Assembly (NCBI RefSeq): GCF_009914755.1
Contig: NC_060933.1
Reading direction: 5' to 3' (one strand)
Origin: the human T2T-CHM13v2.0 reference genome, Homo sapiens
DNA: 64,000 nt
In this document: piece by piece, positions 30,795 through 58,479 of the stretch
Layout of the letters: each line of letters starts with the position of its first letter
How positions within the stretch are numbered: position 1 is the first letter of the stretch
Translations under genes and position numbers: made by a program
Notes under the pieces: generated by a model
Database searches by the model: none
What the model saw: the letters and a program-made list of their open reading frames with translations, nothing else
Told to the model about the DNA's origin: nothing

Positions 30795-32776
30795 AAGTTT
30801 CCTCTTTCTAAAATGTGGCTTGTCTTTCTCAATTTCAGAAACTTGCCCAAAGCATGTAGCTCTAAGCAGTACCCTGTCAACTTCAAGATAATGGCCCACA
30901 AGACTACATTACCCTCCAGTTTGTCTTTTCTTGATAGCTGTTTGAGGACAGCATTGATTAGGCCTATTAGAACATGACTGAAGTGTTGCCCCATTCTGGT
31001 TTCCTGTTATGAATCTGACATTTCTGAAAAGTCACTGGTTACAGACTAGATCAAGGAAGGAGACTACTCAAATAATTAACTGTGACACAGAATATCCAGA
31101 TAAACACCATGTAAGAATTTACAGATTCTATTTCCCTGTCCACACACAGGAGAGTCCTCAGCTCACTATCTCATTCACAGGTTAATAAGAACAGGTGATG
31201 ACTCAGAATTCGCTTCTAATCTTAGTTTTCTGAGCCTTTAAGCACACATACATCAGAAAAAAACAGCGTCAGGAGGACTGAACAGAAAGCCAGAAGACAG
31301 ATTTCCAGTTCCGCCCAAACTGATCCTCTAATGCAGGTACACAGAAGCTGGGGGAAGTCATTTCGGTGTGAAGAGAAAAGCACTCTAAAGTGCTACCCAA
31401 TGTTTACTAAGCAGAGGACATGCCTACTACACATTCTTCTGCTTTGCCCAGAAATGCAAACTAAAAAGAACCCTTTGTATAGGTAATCAGACCCACAACC
31501 ACAGTATGATACCCAGACCAATTCTGAAAAGAACAAGCGTCCTTCAAGGGTCAAATAAGCATTAGTAGCTCCATTCTAGCCAACCAAAGAAAGATAAGGC
31601 TAACCATTTTAAAGGTGTTTTTTTAACACTGAGCCATTTCCAACAGATTTGCCTGGCTGCTCTGGGGAGTCAGGCCTCCCTCAGCTCAGGTGAAGCCTCT
31701 ACCCTTTCCCCTCTCTCTAAATTCTTCTCACTTTTTACCGGGAAGAGCAGCACATCTCAATACATGCAACTGTGCAGCAGCGCATCACTCTGTCACACTG
31801 AATCAAGGGGAGTGAACTCAAGGCAGTGAGTAGCTCATGTGCACAATGAAAGTTTTAAAAATTATTAGGCAGTCTATCCTTAATCCCAACTGCTGATAAA
31901 AGGAGATATATATCAAAGTCTGTTTTCCTAACCTGCGGAGAATTCAAGTGAGCTGTTTCCGCTCCAGGTCGAAGTCTGGTGACACTCATCAACCCTCAGC
32001 AGAGAGCATCCAGGGAATTCAGGACCTTGGTTTTATCGCTAAGGGTGTAGCCACTAGTGCTATTAACAGCAGCACTCTGGGTCCTCACAGAGAGGGCCCC
32101 CCTCCTTTACCAGGATCTCCCAACTCTGCAGAGAAAAGCTGGGAATAGGGTCCAGGGCTAAGGCTATTCCCCAGATTTAAAGGAAGCTGTACACGATTTT
32201 AAAGCCTCACCTTACCTCAGCTAACAGAGAGGCAGGGGGCGGAGGGCGGAGGACCCACCAACCCAGGGGAATTGTAAGGAGACAAAGATGACCCCAAACG
32301 CACAAGCGCGCGCGCACTGAAGCCCGGACTGCAAAGCACATTCCATCAACCTTTCACTGTAATCGGCTTACTGTGGGGTTTATCCCCTCACCCCATCCCT
32401 CTCCAGAAAGTTTAAGGCTGTTCGCACCGACTTTGAAAGGTCCATTGTTCCCTTCCCCGTAAACGTAATGAAAAGAGAGAGTGGAGAGAAAGAAATCAAG
32501 ACACCGTTCCCGAGGACCCTTTCTTAAGAAGAGAGGACTGACTCCTGGGGAGTCGGGTCAGTCCCAATCCAGAGATGAAACCGGGAAAGGAGGCGCACGG
32601 GGGAAGGGCGGGAGGACGTTTTCCTTTTCGGCAGAAATGCCCAACGCCGGAGCCGGCCAGGCCGCCGGGAGCAGAAAAGGTGGGCGAGACCCGGGTCTGC
32701 GTCCCCGCAGTGGCCCCCGAGGGCAGCAAACGAGGTGGAGCGGGGTGGGGGGGCGGGTGACCGAGTCGCTTCTTAC

Positions 32777-32933
32777 CTTCCCCTACCCCGCTTAGCGTCC
32801 GTTAACTCAGGTGCCTACACAGCGGTCCAGGGAGACGGAGAGGAGTCCCTGGCGTCCTCGGGTCCAGATCTCCTCTCCATGGCCAGGAAGCCACTCGATT
32901 GCCGGCGCCCGCAGCTGCCGCTCGTACTCAACT
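32777..32933 (-). other. CEMIP2: CEMIP2 non-coding exon 1 (5' UTR); 5' end approximate
   Basis: Strong donor GAAG|gtaaga at 32776 inside the CpG island and Inr-like CCAGTT near 32933. The TSS may extend to about 33250. Confidence 0.75.
32815..32880 (-). other. Upstream ORF, 21 aa (MERRSGPEDARDSSPSPWTAV*)
   Basis: gccATGG start and TAG stop lie wholly within inferred exon 1. Confidence 0.7.
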
Positions 32934-32992
32934 GGCAGCCGCAGCCTCTGCCTGGAGGTGAAATACTCTCCTCCCGAGAGTGACGCGCACTT

Positions 32993-33029
32993 CCCTCCGC
33001 CTCCGCCTCCTCCTCCTCCTCCTCCTCCT
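32993..33029. repeat. (CCT/GGA)n tract in promoter or 5' leader
   Basis: cctccgcctccgcctcctcctcctcctcctcctcct. Confidence 0.9.
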
Positions 33030-34782
33030 GCCCCGAGCCTCGGGGGCAGGGGCCTCGGCTCGCTCTCTCCCGGAGCCGCCGCTCGGCTTTCTCCGTTCCT
33101 TCCCCTCCGGGAGAAAGAGGAGGAGAATCGTGGCCCGGGCGGCGCGGGCCTGAGCGTCCCCGCGACAACAGGGGAGGAGGCGGCGGCGCGGGGCAGAGTG
33201 GGGTCCCAGGAGTCGCTCTTGTCCCTGGTCGGCGGGCGCCGCGGCTTGCTAGGGTCGCGCTCAGCCTCCGCCGGCCAGACAAGCAGCCCGGCTCGGCTGG
33301 GCCGGGAACTGTGGATTGGGCGGGCGGGCGGGCGGGCGGTGGAGAGCGAGGGAGGCGGAGGGAGAGGAGGAGCCTGCCATCAGAGGAGGCGGTGGCCCCG
33401 CCCGGCCCCTCCCGCCGGCCCCGCTCCCCGCGAGCTGCGAAAGCGGAGGCTCAGCGCCACTCGCTGCCGCGCGCTGGAACAGCGCCCGAGCGCACTGCCG
33501 GCGGGGCAGAGCCCCAGCCAGCGCCCCCCGCTGCGGCTGCAGGCTCCTACCCTTTCTGGGCGCGCACACCCGCCTGGCCGAACCGGAGCCTGTGCCTCCA
33601 GCACCCCCAGATAAGGCTGGTACTGCGCCTGTCACTCCCTGGCTGAGCCTGACACTGCGCCCCCAAAGTCCCCTGGCTGAGCGTGACTGCACCCCATCAA
33701 CCCTCGGCTGCGTCAGACTTTGAGCCCCATCACCCGTAAAGAGATTTCCACACTCCCACAAATGTTCTGAGCGTCCAGTCACAGCCCCTACCTGGCCAGG
33801 CGCGAGCGCCAGGTTCTCAGCGCTGTCAGAAGAACCAGCCTGCTCTGGGACACAGGGCAGCTCTTCTGGTCCCTTGGAGCAACCCCAGCATCCCGCTCGC
33901 AGGCCGGAATAAATATACTTAGGTCTTCCCACGCCCCCTACCTGCGCCACTCTGGAGTGGCGGCCGCTTGCAGAGGTGGCGCCGAAAGCCACGCCCCGGC
34001 CCACCCCAGTGCCAAAACGCCGCTCTGAGGACACCGGCACCGGCCCTGAAGCAGCCCTGCCGCCGCCACCCTGCCCCCTCGCTGGAGCTGCTCTCACAGC
34101 CTTGGCTCTGGGTGAGGGCGCGGCCCGGGCTGGATCACTCAGACCCACGAGGTCCCGAGCTAGTGACAGCTGCAGGACTGCCAAATCCGGGCCGTCGTCA
34201 TCCTCGATTTAATTGGAATTGGAAGTTTTCCCTCCAGGAAACTCTTTCAGTGAATAATATACAAGGTAGGATAGTTTAGTTTTCAGGGTTGTTCATTCCT
34301 CCTCCCTCAACAAACTCAGTCCTGTAACCGCGACACACCCGGCAGTGAAGGGGAATCCCCTATTTCAAGGGTATTAGTTTAGGACTTTGTATAAGAAATT
34401 ACTGTTTCCAAATCTTGGCTGATGATAAGAATCCCCTGGGGCACTTAGAAAAAATTGGATTGCCAGACGTCGCGCAATCTACTGAATCAGAGGTATCGGG
34501 AATATGTAAGTTTGGGAAACAGGGCTAGAATGCATCCTCTAATTAATTAAAGCCTTGGAAAGATGCCTCCAAAACAGCAGCGCGAGCTAGTGCTGAGATC
34601 TTACAGAAACTTCACCCAGCTGCCTTTGAGAGCCGCTGTCCCTTCTGGGATAGGCAGGGAGGAAAGGTTTTTAAAATAAGGAACATAGTTTTGAATAACA
34701 AGATGGAAGGGACAAAAGACTGTTTTCATGGTCCAAAGGTGTTTTGGATTGTGCTTAATAAAGATAGAAACTGTGTCACCCG

Positions 34783-35230
34783 TGTGCTAGGCTGAAAAAT
34801 GTTCCCTCCCCAGAGATAACAGGTTCTAAGTCCTGGAACTTGTGCGTATTACCTTACATAGACAGAAGCAGGGCCTTCGCATATGTGATTCAATTAAGGG
34901 TCTTCTTGAGTTGGGGAGATTATTCTGGATGATCAAGATGGGTCCTAACTGCAGTCACATGTACTTTTATAAGGGGAAAGGGGGTGGTTAGCACACACAG
35001 AGGAGGGCTGGCCACTGTGGAGGCAGAGATTGAAGCGATGCCTCCACAAGGCAAGGAATGCCAGCACAGAGGCAAGGATTCTCCCCTAGAAACTCTGAAG
35101 TGAGCAAGATCCTGCTGACACCTTGATTTTGGCCCAGTGAAACTGAGCGCAGTCTCCTGCTTCCAGAAGTGTGAAAGAATAAACTTCAGTTGTAAGCTAC
35201 ACTGAGTTTGGGTGATATGTTGCAGCATAG
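34783..35230 (+). mobile_element. MLT1-family MaLR LTR
   Basis: ggggagattattctggat...aaggcaaggaatgcc...gacaccttgatttt...gaataaa. Confidence 0.75.
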
Positions 35231-35482
35231 GAGGCCTGTGCTGGGCCAACTTTATATTACAAATATCCATTTTTTGAATCCTTATTAAGTGCCAGGCACT
35301 TTGCTTGGAGTTAGGATATGTTATGGGATATGTTGTCTAATTAAATCCTCCCACTAATTATTATTTCCGTTTTAAAGATGGGACAGTAGGACTTGAAAAT
35401 TTAAAGGGTCTTCCCAAGGCCACACAGTAAGAACCTCTTGGAATCAAGTCTGCAAACCACTCAAATGTTAAAAATAGCAATT

Positions 35483-35821
<339 letters not shown>

Positions 35822-36112
35822 CTAATAAAATTTTTGGTTTTAAAAAGGACTTATTTATTTCCACAATCTGTATTTATTGCCCAAACCAAGGGAAATGGAT
35901 GTTGATTGATAGTGGAGTGGGCTAGTGGGGAACAGGGGTGTAGGAGATCTCTTTACACTTGCGCTCAATTTTGTTGTGAACCTAAAATTGCTCTAAAATA
36001 TAGTCTGTTAACTAAAAAAAAAAGGGTAGGGGGATTGAATCTGTGTGTGGCCTATCTTTGAGAATTGTATAAACTTTTGTTTTTAGATATTTATCTGGAA
36101 CATAAAAAATCA

Positions 36113-36442
<330 letters not shown>

Positions 36443-36499
36443 CTATGAAGGAAACCAACAAAGTAAGAGGACACAGACTTCTCTGATCAATGGGACTGA

Positions 36500-36868
36500 T
36501 GTCACAGATTGAGTTCTCAGGGAAGCAGGCTCTGAGACACTGACAAGATGTTTCACCTGTGGGGGACAGGCAGGAAGCAGCATGGGCAAAGGGAGTAGCT
36601 GGGGTGTACCCAATGGCCTTCATTGATCCCACTGGGGGATCTGAGAGATGGCCCATTGGAATTATTGAGCCTAAATGACTGGACCATTAGATACCCTCCT
36701 GAATCAGTCATTGGATGTCGTTCATCCTGGGACGTGACATGACCTTGGTCAAGGCGACCCTGCAGCTGAGGCAGTCTCCAAAAGGGCCAGTTGCTGACAG
36801 CACCCAGAGCTCGGCAGCAAGTCCTTCTTTGCAAGCAAATCTGGGCAGTGCATCTCCATGTCACTCAC
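36500..36868 (-). mobile_element. ERVL LTR16-like fragment
   Basis: Minus strand catggagatgcactgcccagat...aaggacttgctgcc. Confidence 0.55.
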
Positions 36869-37270
36869 TGATATGGTGTGGATCTGTGTCCCCACCCAAA
36901 TTTCATGCTGAATTGTAATCCCCAGCATTGGAGGTGAGGTCTGATGGGAGGTGACTGGATCATGAGGGCAGATTACTCATGAATGGTTTAGTACCATCCT
37001 CTTGGTACTGTCCATGGGATAGTGAGTGAGTTCTTGAGAGTTCTGATCGTTTAAATGTGTGTGGCACCTCCTCCCTCGCTATCTTGCTCCTGCTCTGGCC
37101 ATGTAACGTGCCTGCTCCCACTTTGCCCCCACCCTCCCTCCCCTGCATGATTTTAAGTTTCCTGAGGCCTCCTTAGAAGCTGAGCAGATGCCAGAATCAT
37201 GCTTTCTGTACAGCCTGCAGAATCGAGGTCAATTAAACCTCTTTTGTCAATGCAAGAACAGACTAACACA
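36869..37270 (+). mobile_element. MST/THE1-family MaLR solo LTR
   Basis: tgatatgg...gactaacaca termini, near-TSD ctcac/cccac. Confidence 0.85.
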
Positions 37271-38704
37271 CCCACTTACATGTATGTGACATCCTCACCA
37301 TTGTGCTATTTCTTCCAAATAAGGAGAGAACGCCCCACAGTGAGTGGGATGCCCACATTTTGCATTTTTTCCTGGTTGTAACTGTGCATTCACACAGGGT
37401 AATACACTGGCTAAGACCTGAGACTCTTTAGTCAGATCACGTGCCGTAGCTCACTAGCACAACCAGATGCTCAGCCTCTCTGAGGCGCCTCCATTTTTCA
37501 TTTTAAAAGGGAATAATAGTAGTACCTAGACCATGCAGTTATTATAAGAATTAAGTATGGCAATGCTGTAAGGGGCTTCACTGCACTTCTCATTAATGCT
37601 CAGCACATTCTGTTATTGGTGCCTCCTGTCATCTCTCCTTTACCCTCCATGATTGGCTAAATTGTAAATCTGGGGGGACAAGGGGAGATAGCGTGTCACT
37701 ATGTTGCCCAGGGTGGGCTCAAACTCTTCAGTTCAAGTGATACTCCCGCCTCAGCCTCCTAAGTAGCAAGGATAAATTGGAATGTTATATTAGGTTACAC
37801 TTGCGAAGACTTTGAGGTGGAGATAGGAAATGGAGTGCTCTTGGGGTCCAGGTCATAGGTGAAGGCCATGAGATAAATACAATAAGCACTACCTAAAGGA
37901 AGCTGGAACTTTCTTTTTAATGATGAGAAACAGCAGCCACACTCCAGACAAATGCCAGGCCTCTCCTTCCTGTACCCTGGTGGCCCTAACCCCTCACCAC
38001 ACATGTCGTTGCATCTCCGAAGGACTATATTAAATGTCTGTGGATGCTTAAACAACACGAGGGTTAAGGGCACTGACCCCCACATCTATCCATGGAAGCT
38101 GGCTGGGTATGGGAGGGTCAATGTCCCTAACGTGTATATATGTATATATATTTATATATACATGCACACACACATACACACACACACACATTCACCTTCT
38201 CTGTGAAACATTCCAAGGCCAGTCATCATGGCCTCCCCTTGGCTCCGATGGCTCCATACGCACACCTGCCGCAACCCTGACCACACCGCATTGCAGTTAT
38301 TTAGCGGGTTTTATTCACAGCCCTTCCCATCCTGCCTACTTCCCTACAGCTGGTAGACTGGGCACCTGAAGATTTAGAGATTGAAGATACAGCCTTATTC
38401 AACTTCAAATCCTCAGGGCCTAGCACAGTGTTTGATGAGTGATACTGCCCCCTGAGTGGGCAACAAAGGAGTCAGCAGAGGCTTTAGGAGAGAGGAGGGG
38501 ACCAAACACTGTGATATGGAAAGAGTCTGTGCACCTCTGTGTTCTGCAGCTCCAGGTTTCTGCTTGTTTTGCACTCTCCTGCTCCAAACTAAGACAGAAC
38601 CTCACTTCACCATCACCCACTCTTCCCCTTTCTGTTTTCCCCCAGGCTGTTAGAAATTAATTCCTTCAAACTGTGCTTTATTCTATAAGGGTCTGAATAG
38701 ATAG

Positions 38705-39370
<666 letters not shown>

Positions 39371-40175
39371 GGTCATCTTTAAATCATGTTTTTCTGTTCA
39401 TATTTGCTCCTTTTGCACTCAGTGTACATGTGTAGACTGATGTGCAGGTGACTAATGCCTCACTAGTAAGGTGTTGATACACTGTTTGCCATCCACACCT
39501 TAATTAAAAGTCTTAGAAAAATTTTCCTCCCATTGACCCCTTGCAATAACATTACAGAATGTTAGTGTGACCTTTCTTTGCTGCGGTAACAGCTGCGTGT
39601 CTACAAAACCATCTGTGCTTTCTTTATTTCCTTCCGTCCAACCAGCCTCATTCTCACACTTCATAGGCTCGCAATGAAGGCTGCATGTTTCCTGTCAAAC
39701 TCTCTGGACACTTGCTTTAAATTATGATGTAAGCAATTCTGTTCCAGTATAGCCAAATTTCTGATGCAGTCTTGTCAGAGAAGGGAAAAACATTTAATTA
39801 TTTTATTTTAAATTCTATTAAATCGGTGGGAATTAAATTTTTCTTTTTCTCATTCAAAAACATAACTTTCACTTTCTGGAAAAAAGTGATATCCCATCCT
39901 GATTCCCATCTAACATCTTCAAAATTGGCATAAATTTCACTGTTGCATAGTAAGTTATATAAACTTGGTATTTTTTTTGGGGGGGGGGCTCTGTAGCCAT
40001 CTTTATATAAGTGGTTGTGCTTTGCTGCTGGCACCCAGACCCAAAAACATTCCCCTAATTCTCATGTCACAATTGAGGACACTGTCTCTGAAAAGAGAAA
40101 TGAGTTGCCTGAAGTCACTTAGCTAGAATGAAGTTGCTTCTGTAATTTATTGTGGATTAAGATTTCCTGTGTTGA

Positions 40176-46680
<6,505 letters not shown>

Positions 46681-48226
46681 ATCACAATATCTATCATTTG
46701 ATAACTTATTATGTGCCAACCACTGTGAAAAACTAAAGTCTCATTGGAAAATGACTACTATCTTCCAATATTTGAAGATGCTAGAGTCTAAAAAGCCCAA
46801 GTTCAAATCCTGACTCAACCATCTACTCATTGTTTGACTCTGGACAAATTTCCCAAATCCTCTGTGCTTCAGTTTTGCCACATGCAAATTGATAAAATGG
46901 GAATAAATAATTCCACAAGGTGACAAGAATGTAGCCAAAAATCTTCCACAAGGCCCAGTATATTTTTGGCAACACATTTCCTTCTTTCCCTATAATAATC
47001 ACACACTATAAGGAGCTGTATCTGATTGTTGGAATTCACCAAAGATTAAATGTCTTGTTTTATGAGCTTGCTTCCTTGTAAAGGTAGCTTCATGAGCTTC
47101 ACATCCCTGGATGTGTTTATGAAGAGATTGGACAGGTATATGCAAATAGCAACACTTATAGAATGCTTGCTATGAGCTAGGCACTGCTGTGTGTGTTTTA
47201 CAGATAGATATTCATCCTGCCAATCCACACATTTTACAAATGAGGAAACTAAAAGCGACTAAGTAATTTGTGTAAGATTATATAGCCAGTAGGTGCCAGG
47301 AATGTGAACCAAGGGTGTCTTTGCTCTTAACCACTTCACCAACTGCATATAAGCAATAGTGACAAGGACATTCCACTATTTGTTGGGTGGGTGCTGGTGC
47401 CAATGACATCCCTTCCAGCACAGAGATCCATGGGCCCATAATCTCAGTACAGTGTGAACAGCTAAAGGGATTCAACTGTGACAGACTGAAAAACCAATGT
47501 AAAACAGGAGGCAAGAGATGCCCACACCTGGAGTGGCCAAAGGAGCAGAATGTTCCAAGCCTGGACAGCATATCACTGAGAGATGGAGATGCTCAGGCTG
47601 GGAAAAGCACTGGCGTGAGGAGGCGGGGCAGCCAGCCAGACATGTTTCCTACAGCTAGGCCCTAGGTGTCACCAGTGTGACAGGGCCACCAGTCATCCCT
47701 CCATTCTTTTGTACTTTCATTTACACATTTCATTTCGTGACAGGAAATAACACTGTCAGCAGCACAGTTGCTCACGGCATGTGCTGCAGGGGAGCTGACG
47801 CACGGAGGGTGGAAAGGGCGGAGGTGGGACAACGGGTGTTTGTGCCAGCATGTCATATACCGTCCTGACCTGCTGCATGCTCTTCCTTGCCCCGGGGCAG
47901 GTCTGGCAGCTGCTTACACAAGGCTCAAGTTGTTTGGAGTGGGGGAGGGAGAGGGGACCCACATCACCTATTTGCAGCTTTGCTTTTAAAAGTTGGTATC
48001 ACCGATTTAGATTTGGGGTTTGGATTTTGAGGGGAACAAGAGGATTATTAGGTCCTAATATGACTTTTCTTCTCTTGCTCCCCTCTGCCTTCGGAAGTAT
48101 CTAGATGTAATATCTCGTGCTAACCACAAGTTGAGAGTGGTAAAGTCATTCTGCTGGAGAAAATAGTAAAAATAATACTGACTTCCATGTTCATATTCAG
48201 TTTGTTTCTAGGAAAGACAAACATCA

Positions 48227-48457
<231 letters not shown>

Positions 48458-48738
48458 TCAACCTTAGTCAAACTTTGTATTGACACCCTCTCCACCCTGC
48501 CACCACAGATTATTTGCTGGTCAAAAGAGGAAAATAGTTACAGGCCAGAGCAAGGAAGGGAACTGTTTCAGACCACGAGAGACTTAAAATGCACAATAAT
48601 CAAGTACAACATGTAGTCTTTGACTGGATCTTTATCTGAGTGGATCAATGGAAGACACATTTGGGATCAAATGAAGAAATTTCAATATGGACAAGGAATC
48701 AGGTGCTTTAAGGAATTATTGTTAATCTTGTTAGCTAT

Positions 48739-49107
48739 TGTCTTAGTTCATTTTGGGTTGCTATAAAAGAATACCCGAGGCTGGGTAATTTATTAAGAAA
48801 AGAGGTTTATTTGGCTCATGTTTCTAGAGGCTGTACAAGAAGCATGGCATTGAGCATCTGCTTCTGGTGGGGACCTCAGGCAGTTTTCATTCACGGTGGA
48901 AGGTGACAGGGAGCAAGAGAGAGGGAAGGAAGGTGCCAGGCTCTTTTTAGAAATCATATCTCAGAGGAACTAATAGAGGGAAAAGTCACTCATTGCCACC
49001 GTGAGGGCGGCAGAAAGCCCTTCATGAGAGATCTACCCCCATGATCCAAAATTGAGGATCAAATTTCAACATGAGATTTGGAGGGGACAAGTATCCAAAC
49101 TATATTA
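48739..49107 (-). mobile_element. MST-family MaLR LTR
   Basis: tgtcttagttcatttt...aagaggtttatttggctca...catgagatttggaggggaca. Confidence 0.82.
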
Positions 49108-49202
49108 GGAATGTTAATGATGTTATATAAAGAAAAGAAATTTTAATCCACATAATTGTTTAGGAAAAAAAAAGAAAAAATTTTTTTAAAAAATATGTGT
49201 TT

Positions 49203-49692
49203 TCATATGTTTATTTCAGCACTATTTACAATAACAAAGACTTGGAACCAACCCAAATGCCCATCAATGATAGCCTGGATAAAGAAAATGTGTCACATAT
49301 ACACCATGGAATACTATGCAGCCATAAAAAAGAGTTGGTTCATGTCCTTTGCAGGGGCATAGATGAAGCTGGAAGCCATCATTCTCAGCAAACTAACACA
49401 GGAACAGAAAACCAAACACCTCATGCTCTCACTCATAAGTGGGAGTTGAACAATGAGGATACATGGACACGGGGAAGGCAACTTCACACACCAGGGCCAG
49501 TCAGGGGTGGGGGGCAAGGGGAGGGAGAGCATTAGGAGAAATACCGAATGTATGCGGGGCTTAAAACCTAGATGACGGGTTGATAGGTGCAGCAAACCAT
49601 CACGGCACATGTATACCTATGTAACAAGTCTGCACATTCTGCACATGTCTCCCAGAACTTAAAAGTAAAATAAATTTTAAAAAAGAAGAAAA
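49203..49692 (+). mobile_element. L1PA 3' end including the ORF2 C-terminal remnant
   Basis: ORF 49156..49362 reads MFISALFTITKTWNQPKCPS...IYTMEYYAAIKK (L1 ORF2 C-terminus), followed by L1 3' UTR and A tail. Confidence 0.9.
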
Positions 49693-49729
49693 AAATGTGT
49701 GTTTTTAGATGTTCCCACTGAAGTATTAG

Positions 49730-57721
<7,992 letters not shown>

Positions 57722-58296
57722 TAGGGATAGTAGCTAAGATATAGCCAACAAAGCCCTGGACTTGGATTCAGAAGACCTGGTCTGACAACAAAAACCTGTA
57801 TAGATTGGGTAAGTCATTTAACCTCTCTGGACCTCAGATTCTTCATAAGATGAAAAATAATGCTAAACTTTTCACAGAGAAGTTATGAGAAGTAAAATTC
57901 AAAACTGTATTTGAAAGAACTTTGAGAACTGCAAAGGGCTATGCAAACAGAAAGAATGATTACTGAAGCCTGACTCAGCTCCTGTTAAATCTTAACCCAG
58001 CTCAGACCTGGCAATCACTAAAGGAAAGAAGATGGGGACAAAAATATTTCTCCCATTACTCTCTTGCACTTAGCTCTGGAGATGGTCGGCCGGAGGACAG
58101 GCTAAGATTTTTCAGGAAAGAGAAAAAGGAATGGGAGAGACAGTGGGAACCTGAGTACTGGAGGGAAATGGGAGAGAAAACACAAGAAAAAAGCTGATTC
58201 TGGATAGTAGACAGTGGTGCCACTGCCCAGATTGCCTTTTAAGGCTTGCAGTCAATAGATAGTCTCTAACTACCAGCTATGTCAGGGTCTGACAGT

Positions 58297-58448
58297 GAAG
58301 AATGCACTGGCCAGGGAAGAATGCAGTGAACTGGGAAGAATGCACTGGCCTGGGAAGAATGCACTGAACTGGGAAGAATGCACTGGCCTGGGAAGAATGC
58401 ATTGGCCAGGAAAGAATGCAGTGAACAAGGAAGAATGCATTGGCCTGG
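58297..58448 (+). repeat. Minisatellite, 8 x 19 bp, consensus GAAGAATGCA(C/G/T)TG(GC/AA)C(T/A)GG
   Basis: Units counted directly. Confidence 0.95.
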
Positions 58449-58479
58449 GAGCCCTGTCCTGAGATACAGACCACAGCGG

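Larger units (their letters stand above)
32230..34210. promoter_or_regulatory. CpG island promoter of CEMIP2
   Basis: Very GC- and CpG-dense against the AT-rich flanks. CCAAT box (ATTGG 33315-33319), tandem GC boxes 33318-33339, CTCF-like motif 33521-33534. Confidence 0.92.

Noticed and set aside
32481-34279. Long overlapping ORFs (267, 307, 155 aa and others) on both strands
   Set aside because: Expected from stop-codon scarcity in a CpG island; mostly non-ATG starts, Pro/Gly/Ala/Arg-rich, no recognisable domain.
38444-38460. CTCF-like ctgccccctgagtgg
   Set aside because: Needs a 1-nt gap to fit the consensus; too weak without data.
58297-58448. CRISPR-like appearance of the 19-bp array
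   Set aside because: Contiguous tandem units with no unique spacers, no cas genes, and a primate genome.
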